64,000 bases of DNA from Oikopleura dioica (Eukaryota > Animalia > Chordata): assembly GCA_907165135.1 (NCBI GenBank), contig OU015567.1:3100001-3164000 (forward strand). Reading direction: 5' to 3'. Under the pieces are notes generated by a model. It did no database searches and was not told where the DNA came from. It worked only from the letters and a program-made list of their open reading frames with translations. The position numbers and the translations under genes were made by a program. This document shows positions 28,901-42,802 of the stretch, one piece after another. The stretch's first letter is position 1. The number at the start of each line of letters is the position of its first letter.

Positions 28901-31825
28901 CTTTTACGTATGAAGACTTCTGTACGAATTATATGCATTTTAACCCAAAAATAAGACAGAAAAAACGAATTTAGGATCATTAGAGTCGTCACTTTCCTCC
29001 TTTGGCACATTCAAATCAGAAGGAAACAGCATTATCTTTACACTAGAAGACCCGAAAAACACCAAGAAAATTATCCAAAAGCTGAAGAACCTCAAAAAAG
29101 ATGACAAAATTTCCAACGTGCGACCAATTTCTCCATCCTTATCCGACTTATTCGCGACGAACAATGACTTTGAGACCACAAATCATCAAGAACTCTACTC
29201 GAAGATCAAGAAAATCACGAGTGAACCATTAACTTCTCCTTTTTCAAAATTCCTCCGTTCGGTTCAAAAGTGTTTGATTCTCGCAATCCGGGAGATCAAA
29301 ATCCTCGCCCTTCAGCTAGTCATTCCTTGCGCGATGGTCATTGCCACGGTCAATCAGCTGGGAACCACGACTGATCGCCTCGACCAACCGAAGATCTTTT
29401 TCTCCGATGTTTTGAAAGAATTGTCGATGAACCCGGCACAAATTATGCAAAACAAAACGAAATTACTTTTCCCCGGCGAGCATTACCACGGCGCACCTGC
29501 AGCATTATTTTGGCAGCAGAAAAAGGTGTTCGAAGAAATGATGAACAACACTTTTTCAGTCGCGCATGCACCGTTTCATGTTCATCCAACAAACAATCCC
29601 GTGGCAAAAGGACCTGGCTTGTATTTTGCTGGGGTTACGCTAGGTTCGTCCATTATTACGTCAAGTTTTCAGAGAATTTTAAGTCAAGAGGGTTCGGACG
29701 AAAGTAACTCGGTAAAAGGATATCGCTTCGTTATCTTAAGTGCCACTTCATAAGTTGTATAAACTAAAAATTGCGTTAGTAAGTTACCTACTTTGACGAC
29801 TATTTTTGATGAAAAAAGATATTTTTTCTTAGCATCGATAGTTTTTTCTTTTAAAATTGCGATAAAACTACAACAATTACTGCTGAAAAGGCTTAATGCA
29901 ACCGGTCTAGAGTTACGTAACTTGATTTTGAACCAAGTTACCCGTCGGAGCAATATTCTCGTAAATAATTCAATAATACCTTCTTTTCTAGTGTACAATT
30001 GCATCATTGGCCTGATGATGACCGTTGCTCCGTTTGGCATGAATGCCGTCTCCGAACGCGTCTCCGGCTTCAAGTTCATGCAAGAACTCGTTGGTCTTCC
30101 GAGAAAAATCTTCTGGGCTGGGCATTATTTCATCACCATTGCTAAATTTGGAATCCTTCTCTTCTTGACGATGCTTCTTACAAGTTTCTTCACTGATAGC
30201 CATGAAGATTTAGACATGCTCAGTGAGAACTTTGGAGCGCTGATGATGCTTCTCTTTGGCTTTATTCTAGCGCATACGCCGATAAGCTTCATTATTGGGC
30301 GATTTTCTAGCGATTCAGCGAAATACGTCGGCGACCACTGCAATTTCAATGTTCTAGTGACGATGTTCACCTTTTTGACTGTCTTGACGATTCGTCTTTT
30401 TGATGACAAAAATCTGAGCAACAATCTCAACCACCTGTTCATGCTGATTCCAAGCCATAATTTTGCGATGGGCCTTTTCGATCTCTACGTGAATGAAAAT
30501 CTCAGAAGATTTTGCGTCGGAGACTTTCCTGAATACGGACCAAGACAAGTCTGCGAAGCGGGATTAGTCGATATTGCAGAGGACATCTGGAGCTTCGAGT
30601 ATTTGGCCGTGGGAAAATACGTTGCGATGCAGTTTTTGCTGATTCCGATCTATTTTGGAATCCTTGCTTTTCTTGAATGGCCGAAAAAGGTGGAAATGAA
30701 GGAAGAAAGGGAAGATTCGAATTCATTGAAAATCGAAAAATTGAGGAAAGGGGACATTTTAAAATATGCTTCGATGGAAATCAGAAAAGGTAACTTTCCT
30801 AAAGAGCGGTGAACCCTGCTGACTTTTTGCATTTTAGGAAACACCATGTGTTTGCTTGGGCCAAACGGAGCAGGGAAGACGACCCTTGTGAAGATACTCT
30901 GTGGACTTAAGGATTTCGATAGTGGCTCCATTTCCGTTTCCGGCAGATCTTTTACTCCCAAGAACATCGCCGTATGTCCTCAATTCGATAGTTTGATGGA
31001 CAAATTGACTGCAAATGAAACCTTGGCGATCTTGTGCTACTCGAGGGGAATTTACGGTAAGTGGTCAAATAAGGGCAACTCTATAAAAACTTTTACGATT
31101 TTTGATGATGTTTGATTTCCGGCTAATCGCTTTGAATTAATTTTATTATACCGGGCCCGGTCAAGAATAATCACGGTCAATTACAAAATTATCTCAGAAC
31201 TGGAAGTGATCGATTATGCTCTTGATCTTCTGGGAATCGGAAAATTCAAAGACTACCAGACGAAGAATCTCTCTGGAGGAACAAAGAGGAAGTTGTCAGT
31301 CGCCTGTACGCTTATCAACGACCCCGACGTTTTCATTCTCGATGAACCTACAGTAAGATACAATCAATGCGATTTTATGCTTCATCCTTTTTTTTATAGT
31401 GCGGCTTGGATCCTAGCTCACGAGTTCAAATGAAAAAGATCTACGAAGTCCTCCAGAATGACAATAAAATAGTTCTCGTCGCGACACACACGATCGAAGA
31501 ATGCATGGCACTTCGAGCTGGAGTAACATTTCTCAGCAAAGGCGAAGTGAAATTTCAGAGCTCCGATGTCTCTTCTTCCCTGGCTCAGTTTGATCAGAAG
31601 ATCTCCATTCTCGCGAAGTCACTGCCAGATGAAATCAAAGATTTCTGTCAATTCCGCAGAGAGATCAAACTGACAAAGAAAGACAGTCGATTCATTTTAG
31701 AATCACCTTCGAATCTATCTCTTGAACTCTGGGAAATCCTTGATGATTTACAAAGTAAGCAAAAAATCGAGCACTATGAGTTCTCAAGCCCAGATCTTCA
31801 AAAACTGTTCCTCAATGTTCTTTAA
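25986..31825 (+). CDS. ABC transporter, subfamily A (full-size, 2 TMD + 2 NBD); true start probably slightly upstream (about 25669)
   Basis: NBD1 [41 protein letters not shown]2 [25 protein letters not shown]|CGLDP, ATHTIEE. ABCA-type [14 protein letters not shown] and [16 protein letters not shown]. Confidence 0.88.
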
Positions 31826-31974
31826 TAAATTTCTTGTCTTTTTTATCAAATCGTCATTTTCTTGTCGCTCTCTTTTCTTTATGTTTGCTTTATCGAAAAG
31901 GCGCGAACTCGTTTTTCCCCTTTCTTCGTAAATCTGCTCTTTTCTCTTCAAAAAAGAGAGAGAAAGACGAGAAA

Positions 31975-34900
31975 ATGGCAGACCCCGGAAATGAGGGGAT
32001 GGAGAAAATGATCCCTCTGATCAACAAACTGCAAGATGCGTTTCAGCAAACAGGGCAAGCACTTGACATTGATCTCCCCCAAATCGCAGTTGTTGGAAGT
32101 CAATCTGCAGGAAAATCATCAGTTTTGGAAAACTTTGTTGGAAAAGATTTCCTCCCTCGTGGCTCTGGAATTGTCACGCGACGGCCGCTAGTGCTCCAGC
32201 TGATTAACAGTCCGCAAGGGGAGTGGGCAGAGTTTTATCATGCAAAAGGGAAGAAATTCACGAGTTTTGACGATGTACGACAGGAGATTGAAGACGAGAC
32301 TGACAGAATGACCGGGTCGAACAAGGGAATTTCTGCCATCCCAATCAACCTGACAGTCTATTCTCCGAATGTTCTCAACCTCACGCTTGTTGATTTGCCC
32401 GGAATGACGCGAGTTCCAGTTGGTGATCAGCCAAAAGACATCGAGCAGCAAATTCGAGACATGCTTTACCAATTTATTACCCGAGATTCATGTCTTATCC
32501 TCGCTGTGTCTCCCGCAAATTCAGATTTGGCCAACTCCGATGCGATGAAAATCGCCAAAGAAGTCGACCCGGAAGGGCTGAGAACAATCGGAGTCATCAC
32601 GAAACTAGATCTGATGGATCAAGGAACCGATGCAAAGGAAATTCTTGAAAACCGTCTGCTCCCTCTTCGCCGAGGATTCGTCGGTGTCGTCAATAGAAGT
32701 CAGAAAGACATTGATGGTAAAAAGGATATCAAAGCCGCGATGCAGAATGAGCGTAAATTCTTCATGACCCACGCTTCTTATCGACACATGGCGGATAGAA
32801 TGGGCACACCTTATCTTCAGAAGGTCTTGAATCAGCAGCTTACTAATCATATTCGTGAAACACTACCAACTCTGAAGCAGAATCTTCAAAAACAGCTTCT
32901 CTCCATGGAAAAGGACGTGGCAAAGTACAAAGGCTTCCAAAATAACGATAAAGGCCGCCGGACAAAAACAATGCTTCAAATGGTCAATCAGTTCTCTACC
33001 AACTTCCAGCAAGCAATTGAAGGTTCAGGAGTTACAGTATCTACAGACAGCCTCACGGTTGGAGCGAAAATCAACAAACTCTTCCATGAACGCCTCCCAA
33101 TTCAAATTGCCGAACGAAAGATCGAGGAAAAATCGCTGAGGAGAGAGATCAAAGTTGTTATTCAGAATACAAGAGGAGTCCGCAGCGGCTTGTTTACTCC
33201 AGACATGGCCTTTGAACGAATCGTGAAAGAGAGGATTGAGGAGCTTTTGACAGCGCCACTGAATTTGGTCGATAATGTTACGAATGAGATTCTAGAGAGC
33301 TCAAAGCTGTGCTCTCAGGTAACGAAAGATTTCGAAGCAATAGCAATCAATGATATCTTTAGCATATGGCTTCGTTTCCGATGCTTCACCAAGAAGTGGA
33401 AAGAATCGTAAACGAGCATATCCGAGAAAAAGAAAGCGACTGCAGAACCCAGGTTTTAAGAGATTTTTTTCAATGATTGATTGAGTTTATTTTTAGGTCG
33501 AGCTGCAAATTAACTTTGAGCTTGCGTATATCAACACTAATCATGAAGACTTCATCGGTTTTCACAACGCATCTTCGTCCGAGAAGAGCAAGAAGAAGAC
33601 CGGAATGAATCAGGTCATTCGACGGGGATATATGAGCATTGACACTGGAGGAGGGATTAAAAAAATGAAAGGCAAATTTTAATTCATAAAAATATCTTTT
33701 GAGTCTTTTTTAGGCAATCAATACTGGTTTGTTTTGAATGCTGAAAGTTTCAGCTGGTTCAAAAGTGATGCTGAGCAAGACAAGAAATACATGATCCCGA
33801 TGACTGACGATCTTAAAGTTAAATCAGAGAAAAATGAGAGCATGTTCGGCAATACTACCATCAAATTTACCCTTTTCAGGTGACCCAAAGTGCTGTTACA
33901 AGAGACAAACAAGGTTTTTTTCTAGCAATGAGCGAAAGAATATTTACCAAAACAGCACCAAACTTGATATGATTGTTGGATCTGATGAGGAGCTTGAATC
34001 TTGGAAAGCAGCTTTTCTAAGAGCCGGGGTTTATCCTGAGGTAAGATCGACGGAATCCCGGGAGAAAATCGATTTGATGCATTTTTAGTCCCAAAGTACT
34101 GTAAGTACTGTTCAAGACGATGATGATATGGACGGAACAATAACTGGGGCAGATCCTCAGCTAGAACGACAGGTTCTGAAAGAATATGAACTTTTCTTTT
34201 TACTATCTTTCAAGGTCGAGCAAATCAGAAATCTTGTCGACTCTTACATGCAGATTATCATGAGAACACTGAAAGACATGACTCCTAAACTGATTATGCA
34301 TTTGCTTGTCAATGAAACCAAAAACTTTATCGCCGACGAGCTCCTTGCATGTCTCTATCAACAGGTAGTCTTTTATCTTTCTGTAATACCATTTTTCATA
34401 AATTTTTTTAGTGCGACATGTCTGCTCTCACAGAAGAATCTCCTGCAGAGGCTGAAAGACGAGACGAGCTCTTGAAACTTCATGCGTCTCTCAAAGTAAG
34501 TTTCCTGAGTAAATACTATTTAAGAATTCTTTCAATTTTTAGGAAGCGATGAAAATCATTAATGACTTCACCGCAAATACCCAGTATCAAGCTCCACCAC
34601 CACCAGTCGACAACTCCTGGATGGCGAGCTCAAAATCATCTCCTGCTCCTAAACCTGCTGTCCAGCGGCAGGCATCAAAACCATCACCAAAAGCCCCACC
34701 TAAGGTACTTTTTGTCAAAAACCCTAAATTCTACTCCAATTTTAGCCTCCAGCTCAGAAAGCCCGTCCGCGAGCAGCGCCAGTTCCACCAAAAGCAGCCC
34801 CTCAGATGACGCCACAACAACAGCAGCAAACGATGCAGCCGATGATTCCCCAACAGCAACCGATGATGCAACAACAGCCCATGATGCAGCCCATGAACAT

Positions 34901-35024
34901 GCAAATGCCAACGATGCAACAAGCCCAACAAGGGCTAAGCATGATGAATACGATGAGTTCGATGATGGGGCAAACTCAACAGAATCAGCAAAATAGCTCA
35001 AATCCACTTGATTTCTTTAAATAG
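31975..35024 (+). CDS. DNM: Classical dynamin (GTPase-middle-PH-GED-Pro-rich) with a Met/Gln-rich tail
   Basis: [27 protein letters not shown]; PH domain ([14 protein letters not shown]); [15 protein letters not shown]. First coding exon 31975-33318. Confidence 0.95.
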
Positions 35025-35073
35025 ACATTTATTTCTGGAAATATATAAAAATCCCAGTCATTATTGAAGGAAA

Positions 35074-36043
35074 TTAAGCATCAATGAGCATTTTTCCATT
35101 CGGCTGAGATCTTCCTGGAGCGATGAAGCAAAGAGAAAGGACTGATTCAGCCCCATCCCTGGCAGTTTTCGGCTATGATTCTATGTTTTTCTATAATTCA
35201 TCCATCCTAACCTTTTCGCAAGGAACCCCAGCAGTCATATCAGTATCGCAGAATCCAGGGCAAGCGGAATTTATCAGAACATTTTTGCCCTCAGAAGCCG
35301 CTTTTTCACCGTAAAGCCGAACGAGATTGTTAACCAGTAGCTTCGACATGTCGTAAGCTTAAAAGAAAAGTTCAGTTTTTAGTTGTATTTCTCCGAATAC
35401 CAGTCATTGGCGTTTGCTCTGGACTTGGCCAACCATCAGCTTGAGCCTGAGATGGGTTTTTCTGATCTTCGATAAATCTCTTTGCAATAATATCCAATTC
35501 GTCAAAAGTTGTTTTTGCAAGTGTAGTTCTAAAGAATTATTAATGGATAAGGGGATCAGAAACTTACGAAAATAGCTTTTGTCCATAATCAAAGACATAA
35601 TTTCCCTCGAAAACGTTTGGATTCGGATTCAAATTGAGCATTCCTCTAAGTCCAAAGACGCTGGAAAGGCATACGATTCGAGCTTCCTCGCAAGCAAGAG
35701 GAAACAGTGATTTTAGAGCAGAGGAAATTCCGAAATAATTGACATCGATGGTCGTTTTGATACTCTCAAATGATTTGTCATTCCCTTCTGGCGCCACACC
35801 CGCGTTCAAAACCAAAATATCATAAGAAGACGGTCCCATCTTCTCTGCAAAACTCAGCACACTCTCTTCGCTGGTTATATTTAGCTTTTCGACTTGCAAT
35901 TTTTCACCGTTCTCTATTTTCGGGAATTTCTCCGGGTTTCTCGCTGTCGCGACAACTTTTTGAACATCTTTCTCTTCAATCAAAAGTTTGACGCATTCGA
36001 GCCCGATTCCGCGATTTCCGCCGACGACAATTGCAGTTTTCAT
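35074..36043 (-). CDS. Carbonyl reductase-like short-chain dehydrogenase/reductase
   Basis: MKTAIVVGGNRGIG, ILVLNAG, SS, catalytic AYDMSK (YxxxK), INSACPGFCDTDMT, PKTARDGAE. Four exons. Confidence 0.88.
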
Positions 36044-36706
36044 TTTTTGAAACTCAACTTCGAGCAATTCAAAGAATTCAAAAATCGATGGGCGAAATGA
36101 AAGATAAACAGAAAATCGGCGTTTGCCATACATTGAAGCTGACTTACGTAATCATCTACATAAAATAATCGTAAAAACTTGATTTCATTTATTCAGAGAG
36201 GTAGAATAGTGGGGAAAATCGTTGATGTCAATTGTTGCTCTTCTAGGGCTTTCTCTAGAATCACGCTGAATTCTTGCTCCTTCAAAGATTCTTTCATCAT
36301 CGAAAAAAGTGCTTTAGCGTGGAGTCGCTGGAAAAGCAGAATCGTAAAAAGCTCAAAACGCATCGTTCTGGAACTTGACTTTGAGAAGTGAGAAAAAATA
36401 GCAAGGTTGAAAAATTGCGATTACATCGTTTTATGCATCAAATTCAATTGCAAATGCCAGGAAGAAGGGCAATTATCTAAGGGTCGAAAGAGGTTTGCTT
36501 CAAGTTCAAATTGGCCATCTTGTTGTCCTGGTGAAATTTGCTCCGCTACAGTTTATCGTGGATCAGGAGGTCAAGCTCAAGAATAAACGGTTGATCGAGC
36601 GGTGGTTGATCTACTACGGCATTAAAGTAATCCGAGAGTTCAAGAAATTCGCTCCGTATAAACGTCGAAGATCGTGAACTCTTCCTCAAAATCAAATTTC
36701 TCAAAA

Positions 36707-38728
36707 ATGAAATTCTTTTTTATTTTCATAATTTTTGTTTTTGGGGAAAGAGAAGTACGGGCAGACGATTTCTACGATTGTGGATTTTTGACTGAGTTTA
36801 ATGAAGACTTAAAAACTGTAGAGATTTCATCTCCTGTCGATCCTCTTTCTGCTGTTAGTAACTCGAGCTTGGGAACATATCCAAGAAATGCATATTGCGA
36901 ATGGATTTTTCTCGATCAATGTGCTGATGGATTTCATATTCAAACTTTGCGATTCGACATCAACGGTACTTTTTCTTCAAAAAATATAATGTATAAATAA
37001 AATTTTTCTCAGGCGCTCGGTACTGCCAGGATGATAAGCTTCACATATCAAATGCTCATCGATCCTTCAACAGTACATTCTGCAATCAAGATTTCGAGTA
37101 CGATTACGATGGCAAGATCACTCTCGCAAGTTTGTTGAACGAGACAGTTGGTGGGAATTTGGAGGCATTGGATGCTCCAATCTTTGTTCCGGGGGATCAA
37201 CTTAAAATTGTCTTTGAAAGTGATCATTGGGGAGAGATGAACGAAGGCTTTCATCTTCTTGTAACCCCCGGTATTGAAAAAATCTAGAAGCTTTCTTATA
37301 AAAATTAATAGAAAGAAAAGATGTGGATTGCAAACATGCTGAGATCGAACCTGTTTGCGTTTGGCCGTATAAAGAGGGTGACGAACAGATTTTCGAACGA
37401 AAAAATATAAAGGAATCTACATTTTTCAGACATGATAACGGAAAGAATAATATTTATTCTGCTCGTTAATCGTTCGTTTCCCTCTTTAGATGATGAGTCT
37501 GTAATAATGGAAGCGTGGAATATCGGTTCTCAAGACAAATTCACCCCGTATTCCATTTTCTCGGATATTTTTGAAAAAGAAGATGGCGTCGATGATCTTC
37601 ATTTTCGACGCGGTTGCGCTGAAAGATGTCGAGATACTCCTGGTTGCTTCAAATTCAAGTTCAATGGACCAAACACTTGCCAGCTTCGCGGACACAAAAT
37701 TGATAACCGAGATTATGAAAGCTTCGGTAATCAAATTTTTAAGTCATCAAAAGTAAAAATGAATCTAGCTCTTACCGGTAAAGACTGCTCAGAACCGCCG
37801 CAACTTCTTTGGAGAGACTTCAAAACTGAGTCAATTGTTTACTGCTTATTTTATCACGCCGGAGACGCGAACAAATTCAAAAATAAGCTGATCAAGAACA
37901 ACGGTGTTTTTCTTAAATGGGTAAGCCTCAAAGAAGTCGTGATGATTTCAACAAAATTTTCAGAATGTTTCGGATGCAGGAAAAAGAAGAAGAATGTCAA
38001 AAAAGTGGACCTTTGAAGTCGCAACTGATAGGGAATCCTCGAAAGGAACTTGGTACAAATTTGAATCCGTCGTTTATTACCGCACATATCTCGTCGGAAT
38101 CGAATCTAGCGCCAGCGAAAGACAGAAAAAGCAAGGAATGGACGAAGCCGAGCAACTATTTTTTCTCACCACTCAAGTCATTCAAAATTTCATCGATAAT
38201 CTTTGGATCGGATCGAAGACTGAAGTTCTCAAAACTGAGGTTCCAAAATTAACAGTAGATGAACTTTCGCATTTTCCCGACAAATTGGATCTGGTCGAAA
38301 ATTCGCCAAGCGAAGAAATGATCAACTCATTCTCCAAACTCGAAGATATCTTTAAAACGAAACCAGAAAAAGAAAAGAACAAGAAGAAAGCAAAGAAAAT
38401 GGAGCAATTCAAAAAAATCATTGATAAATTTTCCTGGATGTTCGAGAACTCGTCTTCTCCTTGCGAAAACTCAGCCTTATCTGTTTTCGGGACAAAAGAA
38501 TGGAAATCGCCGAAAATCAGCACTGAAAACATTTGTGAAAGCTTCGTCGCCTTGATGGACTCAACTGTGGCTTTTTACGATAATCATGTTTGCTTGGATC
38601 AAATTAATTTTGACAGAAAATCGAAACGAAGAAACAAAAACATCAAGTCTGATGTGAAAAGATCAAAGAAAATTTTCAATCGATTTCTCGAAACTCTTGA
38701 ATGCACTGAACGATTGTCTATCAACTAA
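36707..38728 (+). CDS. Secreted CUB-domain protein with PAN/apple-like motif and basic helical C-terminal domain
   Basis: Signal MKFFFIFIIFVFG; CUB (YPRNAYCEW...FDING...CQDDKLHI...IVFESD...GFHL); CAERCRDTPGCFKF...TCQL; last exon to 38728. Middle junctions partly uncertain. Confidence 0.65.
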
Positions 38729-39089
38729 AATCGTCAAATATTCTCACTTTTCCCCATTATCATATCTGTCAGACTATATAATAAATAAATCCTGAATTTT
38801 ATTAAAGAAAATTCAATTGTGACCTCTTGGAATCAGGTCGTAAGCGTTTATTCTGCGCTCATCGTGGAAAAATACCCAGAGCACCTTAGATGACGTAAGT
38901 TCACCAAAAAATGATGACATCGGTAAAAGGCCGAGCCGGTTTTAAGAAGCCGGAACGAATCGGGCTGAAATATCATGGAAACGTACTATAATGATGTCAC
39001 TCTCTGCTCCCCGCCCTATAAAAAGAGAATGAACTTTCAGCAAAAATCATTCTAGCTTAACTGAATATCAGCTAACTAGGCAAAGAAAA

Positions 39090-40326
39090 ATGAAAGTTTC
39101 TCCGTTTGTAGCCATTTTCGCCAACTCAAGCAACGCCGATTTCTTCAAGTTTTGGGGAGACGCCGATGTCTTCGCCTACCAAGTACGCGAATCATTTCCA
39201 AGACCTGGCCTCGGAAGGCGATTTTTGAAAAAATACGATGAGGTGCAACAAATCGTGAGATATTTCCAACTCGCTGGAGTATGCGAGTCTTCAATAACTT
39301 CTCCAACGCACGAGCCAGCCCAGAACTTCGACGCTGTTTTTGACAGCCGAGCCAGCCCATCTACGAATATTGAAGCTCTCGCCAATCTTCTAGAGCGGTG
39401 GATAGAGTCGTACGCTTGTGTGGACGATTCGGGCGCTGATGATTACGAAGCAGTCCAACAATCTCTTCTCGAGATGAGAAAAATCGCCAAGAAACCCGCG
39501 AATCAAGACCAAGATGTTTCTTATCATATTTCTGAAGAGAAAATGACCTACAATCAAGCTCTGGCCTACTGTTTCGCGCACGACATGTGGCTTGCCGACC
39601 CTCAGAACTGGGAAGAACAAAGCGAAGTTATTGAGAACATGACGATCAGCAATTATGTCTGGTTCGATTCATGGAAAGCGCGTGAAAACGAGTGTTGGGT
39701 TCAAAAATACTTCTCCGCCTCTGGGCCAGGTGGTGTCGTCAAAGAGGGTCTCTGGGCTGGAGCAGTAGACTGTAACGACAAGAACTATGCAATTTGCCAG
39801 AGCGGGCAGATTCGCGTAACAGCAACTACCACAACTACAACTACGACTACTAAGACTTCTACAACTACGACCACTGAGCCTCCACCTGTAAGTTTACATA
39901 TTCAGAATATGATATTCTGTATTTTTGAATTTTTCCTAAGGAAGTTTTCAGAAAATCTGTGTCGAGTTCCGAAATATTGGTACTATGCAAGTGCTTTTCG
40001 CAACCGCCCAGGAAAGATGCCAAGAAATAGGGGGTGATGTATCTTTTTTCAAAAGCGAAGAAGAGCTCACAGCCTACCACGCTGCTAAAAACGGCCGACG
40101 CGAGTGGCTCGGAATCGAACGTAAAAATGGAAACCAATGGTTTCGCATGGACGGCTTTGAGAGCACTGTATACAACTGGAACGATGGTGAGCCTAATGAC
40201 GCCCACAGCGATGAAAACTGCATCGAAAGCTTCGGATGGGAGAAGTGGAACGATATCTCATGCGATCATCATCGTCTCTTCTCTTGTCGAATCGAAACAA
40301 CTGTTCCTTTCAATCAAGAATGCTAA
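39090..40326 (+). CDS. Secreted C-type lectin, copy 1 (helical domain, short CTLD, poly-Thr, EPN-type CTLD)
   Basis: Exon 1 39090 to about 39887 (…TEPPP|GTAAG); exon 2 with WLG, EPND, WNDISC; stop at 40326. Confidence 0.88.
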
Positions 40327-40384
40327 AAAACTCTTCTGAAGTAATTTTAATAAATGAAATTTCTGAAAAACTCTTTTTTTTTTC

Positions 40385-40948
40385 ATCACTCAAGTCATTC
40401 AAAATTTCATCGAAAATCTTTGGATCGGATCGAAGACTGAAGTTCTCAAAACTGAAGTGCCAAAATTAACAGTTGACGAACTTTCGCATTTTCCCGACAA
40501 ATCGGATCTGGTCAAGAGTTCTCCAAGCGAACAGATGATCAACTCATTCTCCGAACTCGAGGATATCTTTCAAACGAAAATAGAAAAAGAAAAGAACAAG
40601 AAAAAAGCAAAGAAAATGAAGCAATTCAAAAAAATCATTGAAAAATTTTCCTGGATGTTCGAAAACTCTTTTTATCCTTGCGAAAACTCAGCTTCGCCTG
40701 TTTTTGGGTCAAAAGAATGGAAATCGCCAAAATTCAGCAATGAGAACCTTTGTGGAAGCTTCGTCGCCTTGATGGACTCAACTATGGCTTTTTACGATAA
40801 TCATGTCTGCTTGGATCAAATTAATTTCGACAGAAAATCGAAACGAAGAAACAAAAACATCAAGTCTGATGTGAAAAAATCAAAGAAAATTTTCAATCGC
40901 TTTCTCGAAACTCTTGAGTGCTCTGAGCGATTGTCTATCAATAATTAA
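40385..40948 (+). pseudogene. Orphan duplicate of the CUB gene terminal exon fragment
   Basis: Highly similar to 38165-38728, frame still open (TQVIQNF...CSERLSINN*), but in-frame TGA at 40364 and no upstream exons. Confidence 0.6.
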
Positions 40949-41321
40949 AAATCCTGAAATATTCTCACTGTTTTTCATATTTATTATCATATCTGTCAGA
41001 CTATATAATAAATAAATCCTGAATTTGATTGAAAATAATTTGATTCTGACCTCTTGGAATCAGGTCGTAAGCGTTTATTCTGCGTTCATCGTGGAAAAAT
41101 ACTCAAAGCACCTTAGATGACGTAAGTTCACCAAAATATGATGACATCGCGGTAAAGGGCCGAGCCGGTTTTACGGAGCTTAAAAAACGAATCGCGCTGA
41201 AATAACAGCGAAACGTACTATTATGATGTCGCTCTCTGATCCCCGCCTTATAAAATGAAAATGAACTTTTTGAAAAAATCATTTTAGCTCAACTGAATAT
41301 CAGCTAACTAGTCAAAGAAAA

Positions 41322-42529
41322 ATGAAAGTTTCTCCTTTTGCAGCCATTTTCGCCAGCTCAACCAGCGCGGGTTTCTTCGAATTTTGGGGAGAAGCCAATC
41401 TCTTCGCCTATCAAGTACGCGAATCTCTTCCAAGACCTGGCCTCGGAAGGCGATTTTTGGAAAAATACGATGAGGTGAAACAAGTCGTGAGATTTTTCCA
41501 ATTCGAGGGAAATTGCGAGTCAACGATTACTTCTCCAACTCACGAGCCAGCCCAGAGCTTCGCTGCTATTTTTGACAGCCGAGCCAGCCCATCTACGAAT
41601 ATTGAAGCTCTCGTCAATCGTCTAGAGTGGTGGATAGAGTCATACGCTTGCGTAGACGATTCGAGCGCTGATGATTACGAGGCAGTCCAACAATCTCTTC
41701 TCGAGATGAAAAAGATCGCCAAGAAGCCCGTCAATCAAGACCAAGATGTTTCTTATCATATTTCTGATGAGAAAATGTCCTACAATCAAGCTCGAGCCTA
41801 CTGTTTCGCCAACGACATGTGGCTTGCCGACCCTCAGAACTGGGAAGAACAAAGCGAAATTATTGATAACATGACGATCAACAATTACGTCTGGTTCGAT
41901 TCATGGAAAGCGCGTGAAAACGAGTGCTGGGTTCAACAATACTTCACCGCTTCTGGGCCAGGTGGGTTCGTCAAAGAGGGTCTCTGGGCCGGAGCAGTAG
42001 ACTGTGACAACAAGAACTATGCGATTTGCCAAAGCGGGCAGATTCGCGTAACAGCAACTACCACAACCACTACCACAACAACAGCTACTTCTACTACGAC
42101 AACAGAACCACCACCCGTAAGCATACTCTACATTTACCAAATCATCATTTCCACATTTAGAAAACCTGTGTCGAGTTCCGAATAATGAATCCATCAGTTT
42201 CGTTTTGGAGCGCTGAGGAAATTTGTGAAAGACAAGGAGGCCACGTTTCATTTTTTAAAAACGAAAGAGAGCTCGAAATCTACAAGGCTGCGAGAAATGG
42301 TCGAAAAGAGTGGCTCGGAATTATTCGACAAAATGAAGATCAATGGTTTTCCATGGATGGTAATGATTACCCTGTTTTCGATTGGAGAGACGGCGAACCG
42401 AATGATAACAACGGTATCGAAGATTGCGTCGAGACAGACAACAGAGGATGGAATGATAAACGATGCGATGTTAATAATTTGTTCTCCTGCCGAATCGAAA
42501 CAACCGTTCCTTTCGATCAAGACTGCTGA
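41322..42529 (+). CDS. Secreted C-type lectin, copy 2
   Basis: Exon 1 41322-42117; exon 2 with EPNDNNGIEDC and WNDKRC; stop at 42529. Confidence 0.88.
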
Positions 42530-42802
42530 GAAGCTCTTTTGCAATGATTTTAATAAATGACATTTCTAACCGGAACTTATTTTCTTTCTTCGCTCATATT
42601 CTTGAATAGTTCTTAGAAGCGTATTCAAAATGGCATTCACATTCTTTCGAAAACCGGATTAGTTTCGCAACCGCGGTGACATTAGGTCGGATCCTTCAAA
42701 ACAAAAAATGACAGTTGCAGAGCTATAAATAGAGCTCCATCAAAAGATTGTCCGATTTTTTCCGATTTTTTTCCTTGTCTGGAAATACTCTAGAAAGGAA
42801 TA

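Larger units (their letters stand above)
38155..42568 (+). repeat. Tandem segmental duplication, unit about 2.2 kb (about 38155-40365 and 40370-42568)
   Basis: Both units contain the 3' end of the CUB gene, a conserved promoter-like spacer (ttagatgacgtaagttcacc, TATA-like box) and a C-type lectin gene. Confidence 0.9.
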
